From positions 186,001 through 250,000 of IMG/VR virus record IMGVR_UViG_3300036715_003906: 64,000 bases of DNA. The stretch is one strand, 5' to 3'. Numbering within the stretch: position 1 is the stretch's first letter; every line of letters begins with the position of its first letter. The notes below the pieces were generated by a model, which was not told the DNA's origin, searched no databases, and saw only the letters and a list, made by a program, of their open reading frames with translations. Both the position numbers and the translations under genes were made by a program. Below, one piece after another: positions 20,654 to 27,077 of this stretch.

Positions 20654-20693
20654 GAGTGACCTCGTACTCCCGGACGCTCCATCGAAAGGTTCG

Positions 20694-20764
20694 TGGACCT
20701 GGGGGGAATCGAACCCCCATCATCGGCTTGCAAAGCCGTGATTCTCCCGTTGAACTACAGGCCC
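20694..20764 (-). tRNA. tRNA-Ala(UGC)
   Basis: G3.U70; loop TT TGC AA. Confidence 0.9.
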
Positions 20765-20891
20765 AGAGGGGGCCCAAGGCGACGTGCCAGGGGCCCGGAT
20801 GATCACTAAGGCCGTTATGCGTGTCGTCGCGCCTGCCTTCAGGGACACGTTGGTGAACCGGGGTGAATGCTCATGACCACCCTGTACACCG

Positions 20892-20963
20892 TGGACCGGC
20901 CGGGACTCGAACCCGGACATCTGCCGTGCGAAAGCAGCGTGCTCCCTTTGGCACTACCGGCCC
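20892..20963 (-). tRNA. tRNA-Ala(CGC)
   Basis: G3.U70; CTGCT-TT CGC AC-GGCAG. Confidence 0.88.
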
Positions 20964-20979
20964 TTGCTGACCCGTAAGC

Positions 20980-21052
20980 GGTGGAGCCGGCGGGGATCGA
21001 ACCCGCCCGCGGCCGGGACAGGGTGCCCTTCTGCCGCCCACCATGAAGCCCC
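20980..21052 (-). ncRNA. Stand-alone tmRNA-TLD-like RNA (Ala acceptor; no D stem, anticodon or tag ORF)
   Basis: GGGGCT...GCGGG TTCGATC CCCGC CGGCTCC ACC; GCGGC/GCCGC helix. Confidence 0.6.
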
Positions 21053-21056
21053 AGGC

Positions 21057-21114
21057 GGTCCCCGGTTTCGGAATCGAACCGATTGCCATGGCGACCCTCC
21101 CTGGGCCGGGGACC
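21057..21114 (-). ncRNA. Miniature tRNA-like RNA lacking an anticodon loop
   Basis: GGTCCCCGG/CCGGGGACC; TCGG TTCGATT CCGA; stub GCC AT GGC. Confidence 0.5.
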
Positions 21115-21300
21115 TGGACTCACCCCTACCCGGCCGGGTGGGGGGCTCGCCTGTCGACGTCAGGGACTCGAACCCCTCGCGCCCCCGGGTAGAGAGCGCG
21201 CCTTCCTGGAAGTCGATGAGCCCGGGTTCTCGGCTGCCCCCCAGGGCCTGGGGCTCGAAGCGTCACCCCGCCCGTACCGGCGCGGGGGGCCGAAAGATTT

Positions 21301-21347
21301 GCAACGACAAAGGGAGTTTGAGTGTAGTCCGCGATCGGATTCACTGT
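21301..21347 (-). ncRNA. Minimal Y-RNA-like gene
   Basis: CAGTGAAT..CGGACTACAC..CTTTGTCGTTG. Confidence 0.55.
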
Positions 21348-21350
21348 CCG

Positions 21351-21422
21351 CGCTTCCGCCGGGAGTTGGACCCAGTACATCCGGTTTAGGAAACCAGCGC
21401 CCGCGGCCGGCGGGACGGAAGC
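21351..21422 (-). tRNA. tRNA-Arg(CCU), atypical T and D loops
   Basis: GCTTCCG/CGGAAGC; CTGGT-TT CCT AA-ACCGG; T loop TCCAACT. Confidence 0.7.
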
Positions 21423-21423
21423 A

Positions 21424-21663
21424 TCAGGGCCCGAAGGCCCCGGGGAAGAGGATGCACAAGAGGCCCGAGAAGTAGAGCCCGAGCCCGAGGGCGACCCCCA
21501 GCATGATGACGTTGGTGGCCTGCTCGCTCTCGGCGACCTGGGACTCCCAGGCCGCACGCTCCTCGGGGGTGGCCCGCTCCCACCACGTCCGGTGGAGGCG
21601 CTGGTGCTTCGGGTCCGCCTCACGCTGCCTACGGGCCCTGCTCGACCACCCATCCATGACCAT
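21424..21663 (-). CDS. Small membrane protein
   Basis: C-terminal hydrophobic helix. Confidence 0.55.
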   Translation of the reverse strand: MVMDGWSSRARRQREADPKHQRLHRTWWERATPEERAAWESQVAESEQATNVIMLGVALGLGLYFSGLLCILFPGAFGP

Positions 21664-21675
21664 GAGCCCTTTCAG

Positions 21676-21759
21676 CGGAAGCAGGAGGAGTCGGACCTCT
21701 CCCCCGGAGGGGTCAATCGGGTAGCGACCGACGGGCCCGCCACCGGGCCTTCAGCTTCC
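21676..21759 (-). tRNA. tRNA-Ser(GCU), atypical
   Basis: GGAAGCT/TGCTTCC G73; GTCGG-TC GCT AC-CCGAT; long variable arm. Confidence 0.68.
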
Positions 21760-21767
21760 AAGCGTCG

Positions 21768-21850
21768 CGGAGCGCGGAGGAGTCGAACCCCTGTCACAAG
21801 GGACCCCCGGTTTTCGAGACCGGTGTCCCGCCGCCGGGACGTCACGCTCC
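21768..21850 (-). tRNA. tRNA-Ser(CGA)
   Basis: CCGGT-CT CGA AA-ACCGG; long variable arm; G73. Confidence 0.85.
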
Positions 21851-22030
21851 AGATTCCCGTCGATTGAAGGTGCGAATCCGGTGGCAGTTGGCACACACCA
21901 GCGCACGCTTCGCGATCTCCGCGAGAAGGGTCTCCCGCGACTTGGCCTGGCCCAGCATCCAGGACACGTTGCCCACCTTGTCACCGTGACAAGGGTCGAA
22001 ACTACCTGCTTCGCAGGCAGTAAGCAAGTT
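21842..22030 (-). pseudogene. HNH endonuclease C-terminal remnant
   Basis: FDP.HGDK.GNVS.M...EIAK.ALVCANCHRIRT without an N-terminus. Confidence 0.6.
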
Positions 22031-22039
22031 TCGTAGTCG

Positions 22040-22112
22040 CGCTGTAGGTGGGAATCGAACCCACACAAACTGGTTTCGTAGACCAGTGCCCTGTCCGTTA
22101 GGCGACCACAGC
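22040..22112 (-). tRNA. tRNA-Arg(ACG)
   Basis: CTGGT-CT ACG AA-ACCAG. Confidence 0.9.
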
Positions 22113-22203
22113 AAAACGTCGGGGCTCTTGCAGACCACGAGAGGAGGCTCGGCCCCCTTTGGGCCTCTCTTCCCTCCGGGTGCCTTCCGCAAGTGTACCC
22201 CCG

Positions 22204-22275
22204 TCAGGGTGGCCGGGATCGAACCGGCCGCATCCTGCATCCAAAGCAGGCGCCCCTCCCTGGGGCTTCACCCTG
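22204..22275 (-). tRNA. tRNA-Pro(UGG)
   Basis: CAGGGTG/CACCCTG A73; CCTGC-TT TGG AT-GCAGG. Confidence 0.88.
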
Positions 22276-22573
22276 GTTGTCGAACCAGATCGATCCGGCC
22301 CTGGGGCGTCGCCACCCCCTGCCGCACCTCCGCCACCTCCTCCGCCGTCCACCCCGGACGGCGGACCCGCAGCGAGGCGGGTGTTCACCGCCACGATGCC
22401 GATCCGGGGGACCTCGTTGCCGACCCTGGACCCGATCGGACGGGCCAAGGGGTTGTCCGCGGGGAAGGGCTGCTCCTTGCGAAGCAGCGCCTGCTCCCGG
22501 ACGGTCTGGAGGAGCTGGAAGATGCAGGTGTACTGGGCCATCGTGACCCAGGTGTAGCATGACGATTTTTCTG

Positions 22574-22644
22574 TGTGACGCCTGGGGGTCGAACCCAGCT
22601 CCACTGATTCACAGACAGTCCCCGTCCCGGACGGGTAGCGCCAC
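22574..22644 (-). tRNA. tRNA-His(GUG), A73 and no encoded G-1
   Basis: GTGGCGC/GCGTCAC A; loop CT GTG AA. Confidence 0.82.
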
Positions 22645-22647
22645 AGA

Positions 22648-22781
22648 GGCAACGACAAAGAGTGCCGAGACGTTTTCGTGTGCTGCCCTTACACCACCCC
22701 GGGACACTGGACCCGGGGCCTGGACTCGAACCAGGTCCACGACCTTCGATTGGTGTAATCCCAGCGAGGTCATTCGTTGCC
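22648..22781 (-). ncRNA. yrlA: YrlA-type Y RNA (circularly permuted tRNA-like domain)
   Basis: GGCAACGAAT...TTTGTCGTTGCC; order T arm (CCTGG TTCGAGT CCAGG), loop-closed acceptor (CCCCGGG/CCCGGGG), D arm (GTGT AAGGGCA GCAC). Confidence 0.88.
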
Positions 22782-22782
22782 G

Positions 22783-22854
22783 TCAGCCTGGCGAGAATCG
22801 AACTCGCTGCCTCTTCGTCCCCAACGAAGCGCGCTACCGATGCGCTACAGGCTG
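22783..22854 (-). tRNA. tRNA-Pro(GGG)
   Basis: CAGCCTG/CAGGCTG; CTTCG-TT GGG GA-CGAAG. Confidence 0.92.
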
Positions 22855-22875
22855 TAGGACCCCTTGCGGGGCCTG

Positions 22876-22960
22876 CGGAAGAGGGAGGACTCGAACCCCC
22901 GTCCCTTGCGGGACTCATCTCGTTTCCAACGAGCGCCCCGGCCTCCGGGGTTCCTCTTCC
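22876..22960 (-). tRNA. tRNA-Ser(GGA)
   Basis: GGAAGAG/CTCTTCC G73; loop TT GGA AA; GTCCC GCAA GGGAC arm. Confidence 0.88.
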
Positions 22961-23017
22961 ATTGTTGGTGGGACCGGCGCAAGGCCGACCTCGTTCCCCG
23001 GACAAACCGGCACCCTG

Positions 23018-23091
23018 TGCTCACGGTGGGAGTCGAACCCACAAATCCCCGGGTTTGAGTCGGGTGCCTATGCCGGTTCGGCTACGAGAGC
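23018..23091 (-). tRNA. tRNA-Leu(CAA), short variable loop
   Basis: Leu-type D arm; loop CT CAA AC; A73. Confidence 0.8.
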
Positions 23092-23092
23092 A

Positions 23093-23180
23093 TGGTGCAG
23101 TCGGGGGGACTCGAACCCCCATGGCCACAAGGGCCGCCAGTCTCTCAAACTGGTGCGTCTACCGTCTTCGCCACGACTGC
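23093..23180 (-). tRNA. tRNA-Leu(GAG)
   Basis: CCAGT-TT GAG AG-ACTGG; long arm; encoded CCA. Confidence 0.92.
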
Positions 23181-23237
23181 ATGAAGACCGACCGGACGTG
23201 AAGGGTGCGTCTGCCAAGTCCTCCCCACCTCCGGTCG

Positions 23238-23324
23238 TGGTGCGAACGGGGGGCCTCGAACCCCCACGCCCTCAAGGAGCGCCACGTTCTGAGCGTGGTG
23301 CGTCTACCGTTCCGCCACGTTCGC
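23238..23324 (-). tRNA. tRNA-Leu(CAG)
   Basis: CCACG-CT CAG AA-CGTGG; long arm; encoded CCA. Confidence 0.92.
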
Positions 23325-23387
23325 ATTCGGTCCTTGAAGGTTCTGCCCAGGGCCGTGAGGCAAACAGGGGCAGGCCCAAGGGCCCGG

Positions 23388-23460
23388 TCGGATCGGAGGG
23401 GATCGAACCCTCCCGCACCTGTCTGTCAAACAGGGGGCCCCACCAGGGACCGGCGATCCG
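23388..23460 (-). tRNA. tRNA-Val(GAC)
   Basis: CGGATCG/CGATCCG; CCTGT-TT GAC AG-ACAGG. Confidence 0.82.
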
Positions 23461-23608
23461 TTGAGTGCTTCGAGCAGGCCCTCGGGGCTTAGAGGCCCTT
23501 GGCCACGCCAGGGGAGCGACCCCCAGCCCGACACCCATCCTCCCGGCCCATCAGAGGTTCATGACGCCTCCCGAGCTAGGTCTACGAGCGCCGTACCCTC
23601 ACGCACAG

Positions 23609-23690
23609 TCGGGGTAGCAGGAATCGAACCTGCTGTTGGCTTTCGCCTCTTGGTCCCGAACCAAGCGCCATCCCAATAGGCGATACCCCG
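23609..23690 (-). tRNA. tRNA-Pro(CGG) with long variable arm
   Basis: CGGGGTA/TACCCCG; CTTGG-TT CGG GA-CCAAG; GGC GAAA GCC extra arm. Confidence 0.85.
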
Positions 23691-23830
23691 ATGATGCCTC
23701 CCCGTGGGCCAGGTGCGGGAGGCGGCCACCGTCAACGGCACCCTCGCGGGTGTAGCCCCTCGTACCAGGTCTAGTCCCCCAGCTCGTTGCGGCGGGGGTC
23801 CCTGGCCGAGATTGTCCCCTGCGGGACCCG

Positions 23831-23901
23831 TCGGACTCGTGGGGATCGAACCCACCTGACCTGCGTGTGGGGCAGGCGCCCTCCCAGAAGGCGAGAGTCC
23901 G
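23831..23901 (-). tRNA. tRNA-Val(CAC)
   Basis: CGGACTC/GAGTCCG; CCTGC-CC CAC AC-GCAGG. Confidence 0.82.
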
Positions 23902-23902
23902 G

Positions 23903-23982
23903 TGTAGCGAGTGGGGATCGAACCCACCCCGGCAAAGCCAGCGGTTTTACAGACCACCTGTGCCACCAGGCACCTTCGCTAC
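23903..23982 (-). tRNA. tRNA-Tyr(GUA)
   Basis: GTAGCGA/TCGCTAC; loop CT GTA AA; long variable arm. Confidence 0.85.
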
Positions 23983-24014
23983 GTAGCGCCGACCCCCTCG
24001 CGGAGATCGACTCG

Positions 24015-24086
24015 TGGTACGGGTGGGAGTCGAACCCACCCGATCCGTGTATCAGACGGAGCCCCCCAACCAGGGAGAACAGTACC
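24015..24086 (-). tRNA. tRNA-Ile(GAU)
   Basis: TCCGT-CT GAT AC-ACGGA. Confidence 0.82.
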
Positions 24087-24092
24087 GTGTTG

Positions 24093-24256
24093 CGACGACA
24101 AGGGGCGTAGAAGATCGATAGGGATAAGCCCGACCCTCTCCAGGGTTGGAACACGGCAGGGCGGAGCCCCGCCATCCGCCCCCGACCCGAAGGGCAGGTC
24201 GCGGGCAGGTGGCGCGGGGTCTACTACCATTACCATCCTGCACTCCGTGCATTCGT
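24093..24256 (-). ncRNA. Y-RNA-like gene with large multi-hairpin cargo
   Basis: ACGAATGC...CCCTTGTCGT; GTAGTAGA/TCTTCTAC stem; three internal hairpins. Confidence 0.55.
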
Positions 24257-24330
24257 GGGGCCCCTGGGAATCGAACCCAGACCTTCCCGTCTTCAGCGGG
24301 ACGCTTACGTACCAAGTCAGCTTGGACCCC
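24256..24330 (-). tRNA. tRNA-Phe(GAA)
   Basis: GGGGTCC/GGGCCCC; TCCCG-CT GAA GA-CGGGA. Confidence 0.85.
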
Positions 24331-24335
24331 GAACA

Positions 24336-24396
24336 GACCGACAACCCTGTCGCAAGTGGGCTTTTGGTTGGATGTACACCAGCGACGCATTCAGCC
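24336..24396 (-). ncRNA. Minimal Y-RNA-like gene (A/C-rich loop cargo)
   Basis: GGCTGAATGC GTCGCTGGTG TACA...CACTTGCGAC AGG GTTGTCGGTC. Confidence 0.65.
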
Positions 24397-24471
24397 TGGC
24401 GCTCCCAGGGGGTATCGATCCCCCTTCCCTACGCTGAGAACGTAGTATCCTAGCCACTAGACGATGGGAGC
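24397..24471 (-). tRNA. tRNA-Glu(CUC)
   Basis: CTACG-TT CTC AG-CGTAG; T loop ATCGATA; encoded CCA. Confidence 0.88.
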
Positions 24472-24483
24472 ATGAAGAAAACG

Positions 24484-24610
24484 GCGACAAGGAAGCTGCC
24501 GAGACTTTTTTGGCGTCCTACCCTTAGACGATCCCCAGCTTGCGCCGGAGAGGAGGAATCGAACCCCCATTTCCACATGGGCAATGGAGTCCCTGCAAGG
24601 CATTCACCGC
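24484..24610 (-). ncRNA. yrlA: YrlA-type Y RNA (circularly permuted tRNA-like domain)
   Basis: GCGGTGAATG...CTTGTCGC; T arm GGGGG TTCGATT CCTCC, acceptor TCTCCGGC GCAA GCTGGGGA, D arm GTCT AAGGGTA GGAC. Confidence 0.88.
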
Positions 24611-24682
24611 TGGCACCCCGTGTGGGAATCGAACCCGACCCCGGATTTCAATCCAGTGCTCTACCGATTGAGCTACCCCGGC
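24611..24682 (-). pseudogene. tRNA-Phe(GAA)-like with unpaired acceptor stem
   Basis: Canonical D arm and TTGAAA loop, but GCCGGGG cannot pair with ACGGGGT. Confidence 0.6.
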
Positions 24683-24740
24683 GTCGCCACACTGCATCGC
24701 GTTCACCCCCGCGCAGGGGAAGGGCCTGTGGCAAGCCCCT

Positions 24741-24816
24741 TGGAGCTGGTCGTGGGAGTCGAACCCACCTGATCCGCGTTACGAGTGCGGTGCCCTCCCA
24801 CGAGGACGAGACCAGC
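24741..24816 (-). tRNA. tRNA-Thr(CGU)
   Basis: GCTGGTC/GACCAGC; loop CT CGT AA; encoded CCA. Confidence 0.88.
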
Positions 24817-25119
24817 AGAAGCGACAGGGGGTCGTACTCCCCCCCGTCCAAGACACCCGTGATCCAAACGGGCACCTCTTTCTCCCCGCCACCGCCCCCT
24901 TACAAGGGCGTCCGGGGTCAAGAGCACGGTCAGGGCGTCGAACCCCCAGTGTTCCCCAGGGGGCTGGAACCCCCCGGCACCTTGCGCCTCGCCTCGGGGC
25001 CCTACGACGACCGGGATCCCAGTCCCTGCCGCCAGTACCCTCCGTCGCCGCCACTGCACATAGTGGACCGAGGGCGAACCCCCAGCCCTAGCTCCGGCCC
25101 TCACGGTCCGGAACCGTCG

Positions 25120-25191
25120 CGACTCGCCTGGGAATCGAACCCAGCCTTCACCGGTTAACAGCCTGCCGCCCCACCTTGAGGCCAACGAGTC
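25120..25191 (-). tRNA. tRNA-Asn(GUU)
   Basis: GACTCGT/GCGAGTC G73; loop CT GTT AA. Confidence 0.8.
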
Positions 25192-25246
25192 AAACCCCGG
25201 GATCTTCACTCCGTTTTCAGGAGTGAGAGGACGACCCGGGTACAGG

Positions 25247-25318
25247 TTCCAAGGGCAGGAATCGAACCTGCCTGTGCTGCGCATGAAAACTAGCACACCC
25301 CGCCTCGGGGTCCCTGGA
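25247..25318 (-). ncRNA. tRNA-like RNA with enlarged 13-nt anticodon loop (isotype undetermined)
   Basis: TCCAGGG/CCTTGGA; GTGCT-AGTTTTCATGCGC-AGCAC; GCAGG TTCGATT CCTGC. Confidence 0.55.
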
Positions 25319-25520
25319 ATGGCCCGGCCGATTGCCTCACGGCAGCGTCCGGGCTGTCTTTTCTTAGACGATCAGGAGAGGTCCACTCTACGACGCAGGC
25401 CCGACCGCTGGAGCCCCCGGGAGGGGTCGGTCACGCTTCGGCTGCTACACCCCTCACAGGGTCCGCTTCGTTTCTCTCATCCTGCCAGATTGTCAAGGAT
25501 CAGGCCCCTTGCGGGACCAG

Positions 25521-25588
25521 CACCGGTGGAAGGACTCGAACCCTCGTGACGACGGTCAGAGCGTCGCTGCCCGCCTTGGGGCACCGGA
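25521..25588 (-). tRNA. tRNA-Gln(CUG), short D arm, U1:U72
   Basis: CGACG-CT CTG AC-CGTCG; GAGGG TTCGAGT CCTTC. Confidence 0.75.
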
Positions 25589-25596
25589 ATACGGAG

Positions 25597-25667
25597 TGGA
25601 ACCAGAGGGGATCGAACCCTCTCCTGACCGTTAAGAGCGGCCTGCTCTACCCTCGAGCTAGGGTTCC
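25597..25667 (-). tRNA. tRNA-Lys(CUU)
   Basis: GGCCG-CT CTT AA-CGGTC. Confidence 0.9.
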
Positions 25668-25945
25668 GTTTTCTTGCTACCCTGTTGCTACCGATGCTCT
25701 CCCTTACGCGCCGTCCTCTGCTTCCCTGACGGCCTGGTTCTGCTGCTCCGTGACAAACCCATGCCCGGGCTGCGGATACGCGCGGGTGAGGGTGGCCAAG
25801 GACATGGATGTTGCAATGACACCGCTGATCTGGGCCTGCAACACCTTTCGACAGGGGACGTTCATTTCGGTAGGGGGGTGTAGGGCGCGGCCTGGAGGGT
25901 ACAAAAGGTCTTTGTCGGGGGAGCAAGGAGGTGGACCCCACGCAC

Positions 25946-26533
25946 ATGACCTTCCTCCGTCAAGCCTCCCTGGCCCGGCCGACCCGAACCTTCACCAGCC
26001 AGGTCTTCGGGGGGCCGTGGGACGCCTTCGTCGAGCGCTGGGCCCCGGTGGTCCATGCCTTCGTCGGGGGTGCCCTCGGGCCCTACGGGACGGAGCCCGG
26101 GGAGATCATCCTCCCCCTTGCGGACGTCGACCACGCCTCGGGGGCCACGGCCTCCTTTCAGCCGGGGACGGGCCAGGTCCGCCTCTCGACCGTCACCGCG
26201 GGCCTCCCGGGGATGACCCTGGAGAAGCTCACCCACGAGATGATCCACGGCTCGCTCTCCCAGTTCCCGGAAGGGGACCCCTTCTACGAGGAGGGCTTCG
26301 TCGACTTCTCGACCTGGCTCCTCGCTCACGCGCCCGTCTGGGGGGAGCACCGGCAGGCGATGATCGACGCGGCGGCCTACAACATCGGCCAGCGGCGGGA
26401 CCGGGCCATGAAGGGGGTCTCCGACTACGACCGGAAGCGCTGGGCCGGCGGGACCTACGCCATGCTCGCCCACGGCCCCTGGCTCATCTCCCGCCTCAAG
26501 ATGAAGAAGGCCGAGCTGGACTTCACCTGGTAA
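25946..26533 (+). CDS. Zincin-like metallopeptidase
   Basis: THEMIH plus downstream YEEG. Confidence 0.7.
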   Translation: MTFLRQASLARPTRTFTSQVFGGPWDAFVERWAPVVHAFVGGALGPYGTEPGEIILPLADVDHASGATASFQPGTGQVRLSTVTAGLPGMTLEKLTHEMIHGSLSQFPEGDPFYEEGFVDFSTWLLAHAPVWGEHRQAMIDAAAYNIGQRRDRAMKGVSDYDRKRWAGGTYAMLAHGPWLISRLKMKKAELDFTW

Positions 26534-26785
26534 CTTGGCCGCGGCCTTGGCCTCCTTGCGGATCGCCTTGCCGTGCGTGCCGATGAAGGCCGCCCGGGCT
26601 TCCTCGCTCAGCCACTCGCAGCGCTCGTCCTCCGCCGTCTGCTCGACGACCGACCCGACCGCTGCCCGACCGACCTCCTCGACCACGACGGTGCCCTTGG
26701 GGGACACGGTGCCGTTGATCGTGTACTCGACGGCGCCGACGTGGAAGGAGAGGGCGAAGGTCTTGTTGTTGAGGTAGCTGGCCAT
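26531..26785 (-). CDS. Hypothetical early protein (end drawn at in-frame TTA)
   Basis: ATG 4 nt after a TTGATT-N17-TAGTAG promoter; GC3 bias to ...AKAAAK. Confidence 0.55.
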
Positions 26786-27077
26786 GACACTACTACGCAG
26801 TGCCCCCCCGGGAATCAAAAGCTGGGTCGTGTACATTTTGCAAAATGCCGACGGGCTCCTCTACACGGGGATCACGAACGACCTCCCGCGCCGGGTCGGG
26901 CGACACAATCGGGGCCAGGGGGCCCGGTACACGAAGGGCCGCGGGCCCTGGTCCGTGGCTTACACGGAGCCCGCCGAGGGGCACGGGGCGGCGCTCCGAC
27001 GGGAGCGGGCGATCAAGAAGCTCAGCCGGGCCCAGAAGCGGAGGATGATCACTTCTCCTGGGGGAGCGACGCCATGA
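26784..27077 (+). CDS. GIY-YIG nuclease (YazA/UPF0213-like)
   Basis: VYIL..ADG.LYTGITND..RR...HN.G.GARYTKGRGP, ALRRE.AIKKLSR. Confidence 0.85.
   Translation: MTLLRSAPPGIKSWVVYILQNADGLLYTGITNDLPRRVGRHNRGQGARYTKGRGPWSVAYTEPAEGHGAALRRERAIKKLSRAQKRRMITSPGGATP

Noticed and set aside
21153-21216. Amber-suppressor tRNA (CTA in loop) explaining the MTase TAG
   Set aside because: Anticodon arm geometry is non-canonical, and TAG is used as a normal stop in many genes
23184-23334. Y-like stem (GGACCGAAT...TCGGTCT) enclosing tRNA-Leu(CAG)
   Set aside because: Lacks UUG, stem 2 and UMCA, and the 3' strand is better used in a local hairpin
25700-25760. SRP-RNA-like CAGG-CC-GTCA-GG-GAAGCAG (minus strand)
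   Set aside because: Register differs from SRP domain IV and I could not build the flanking long helix; needs cmsearch
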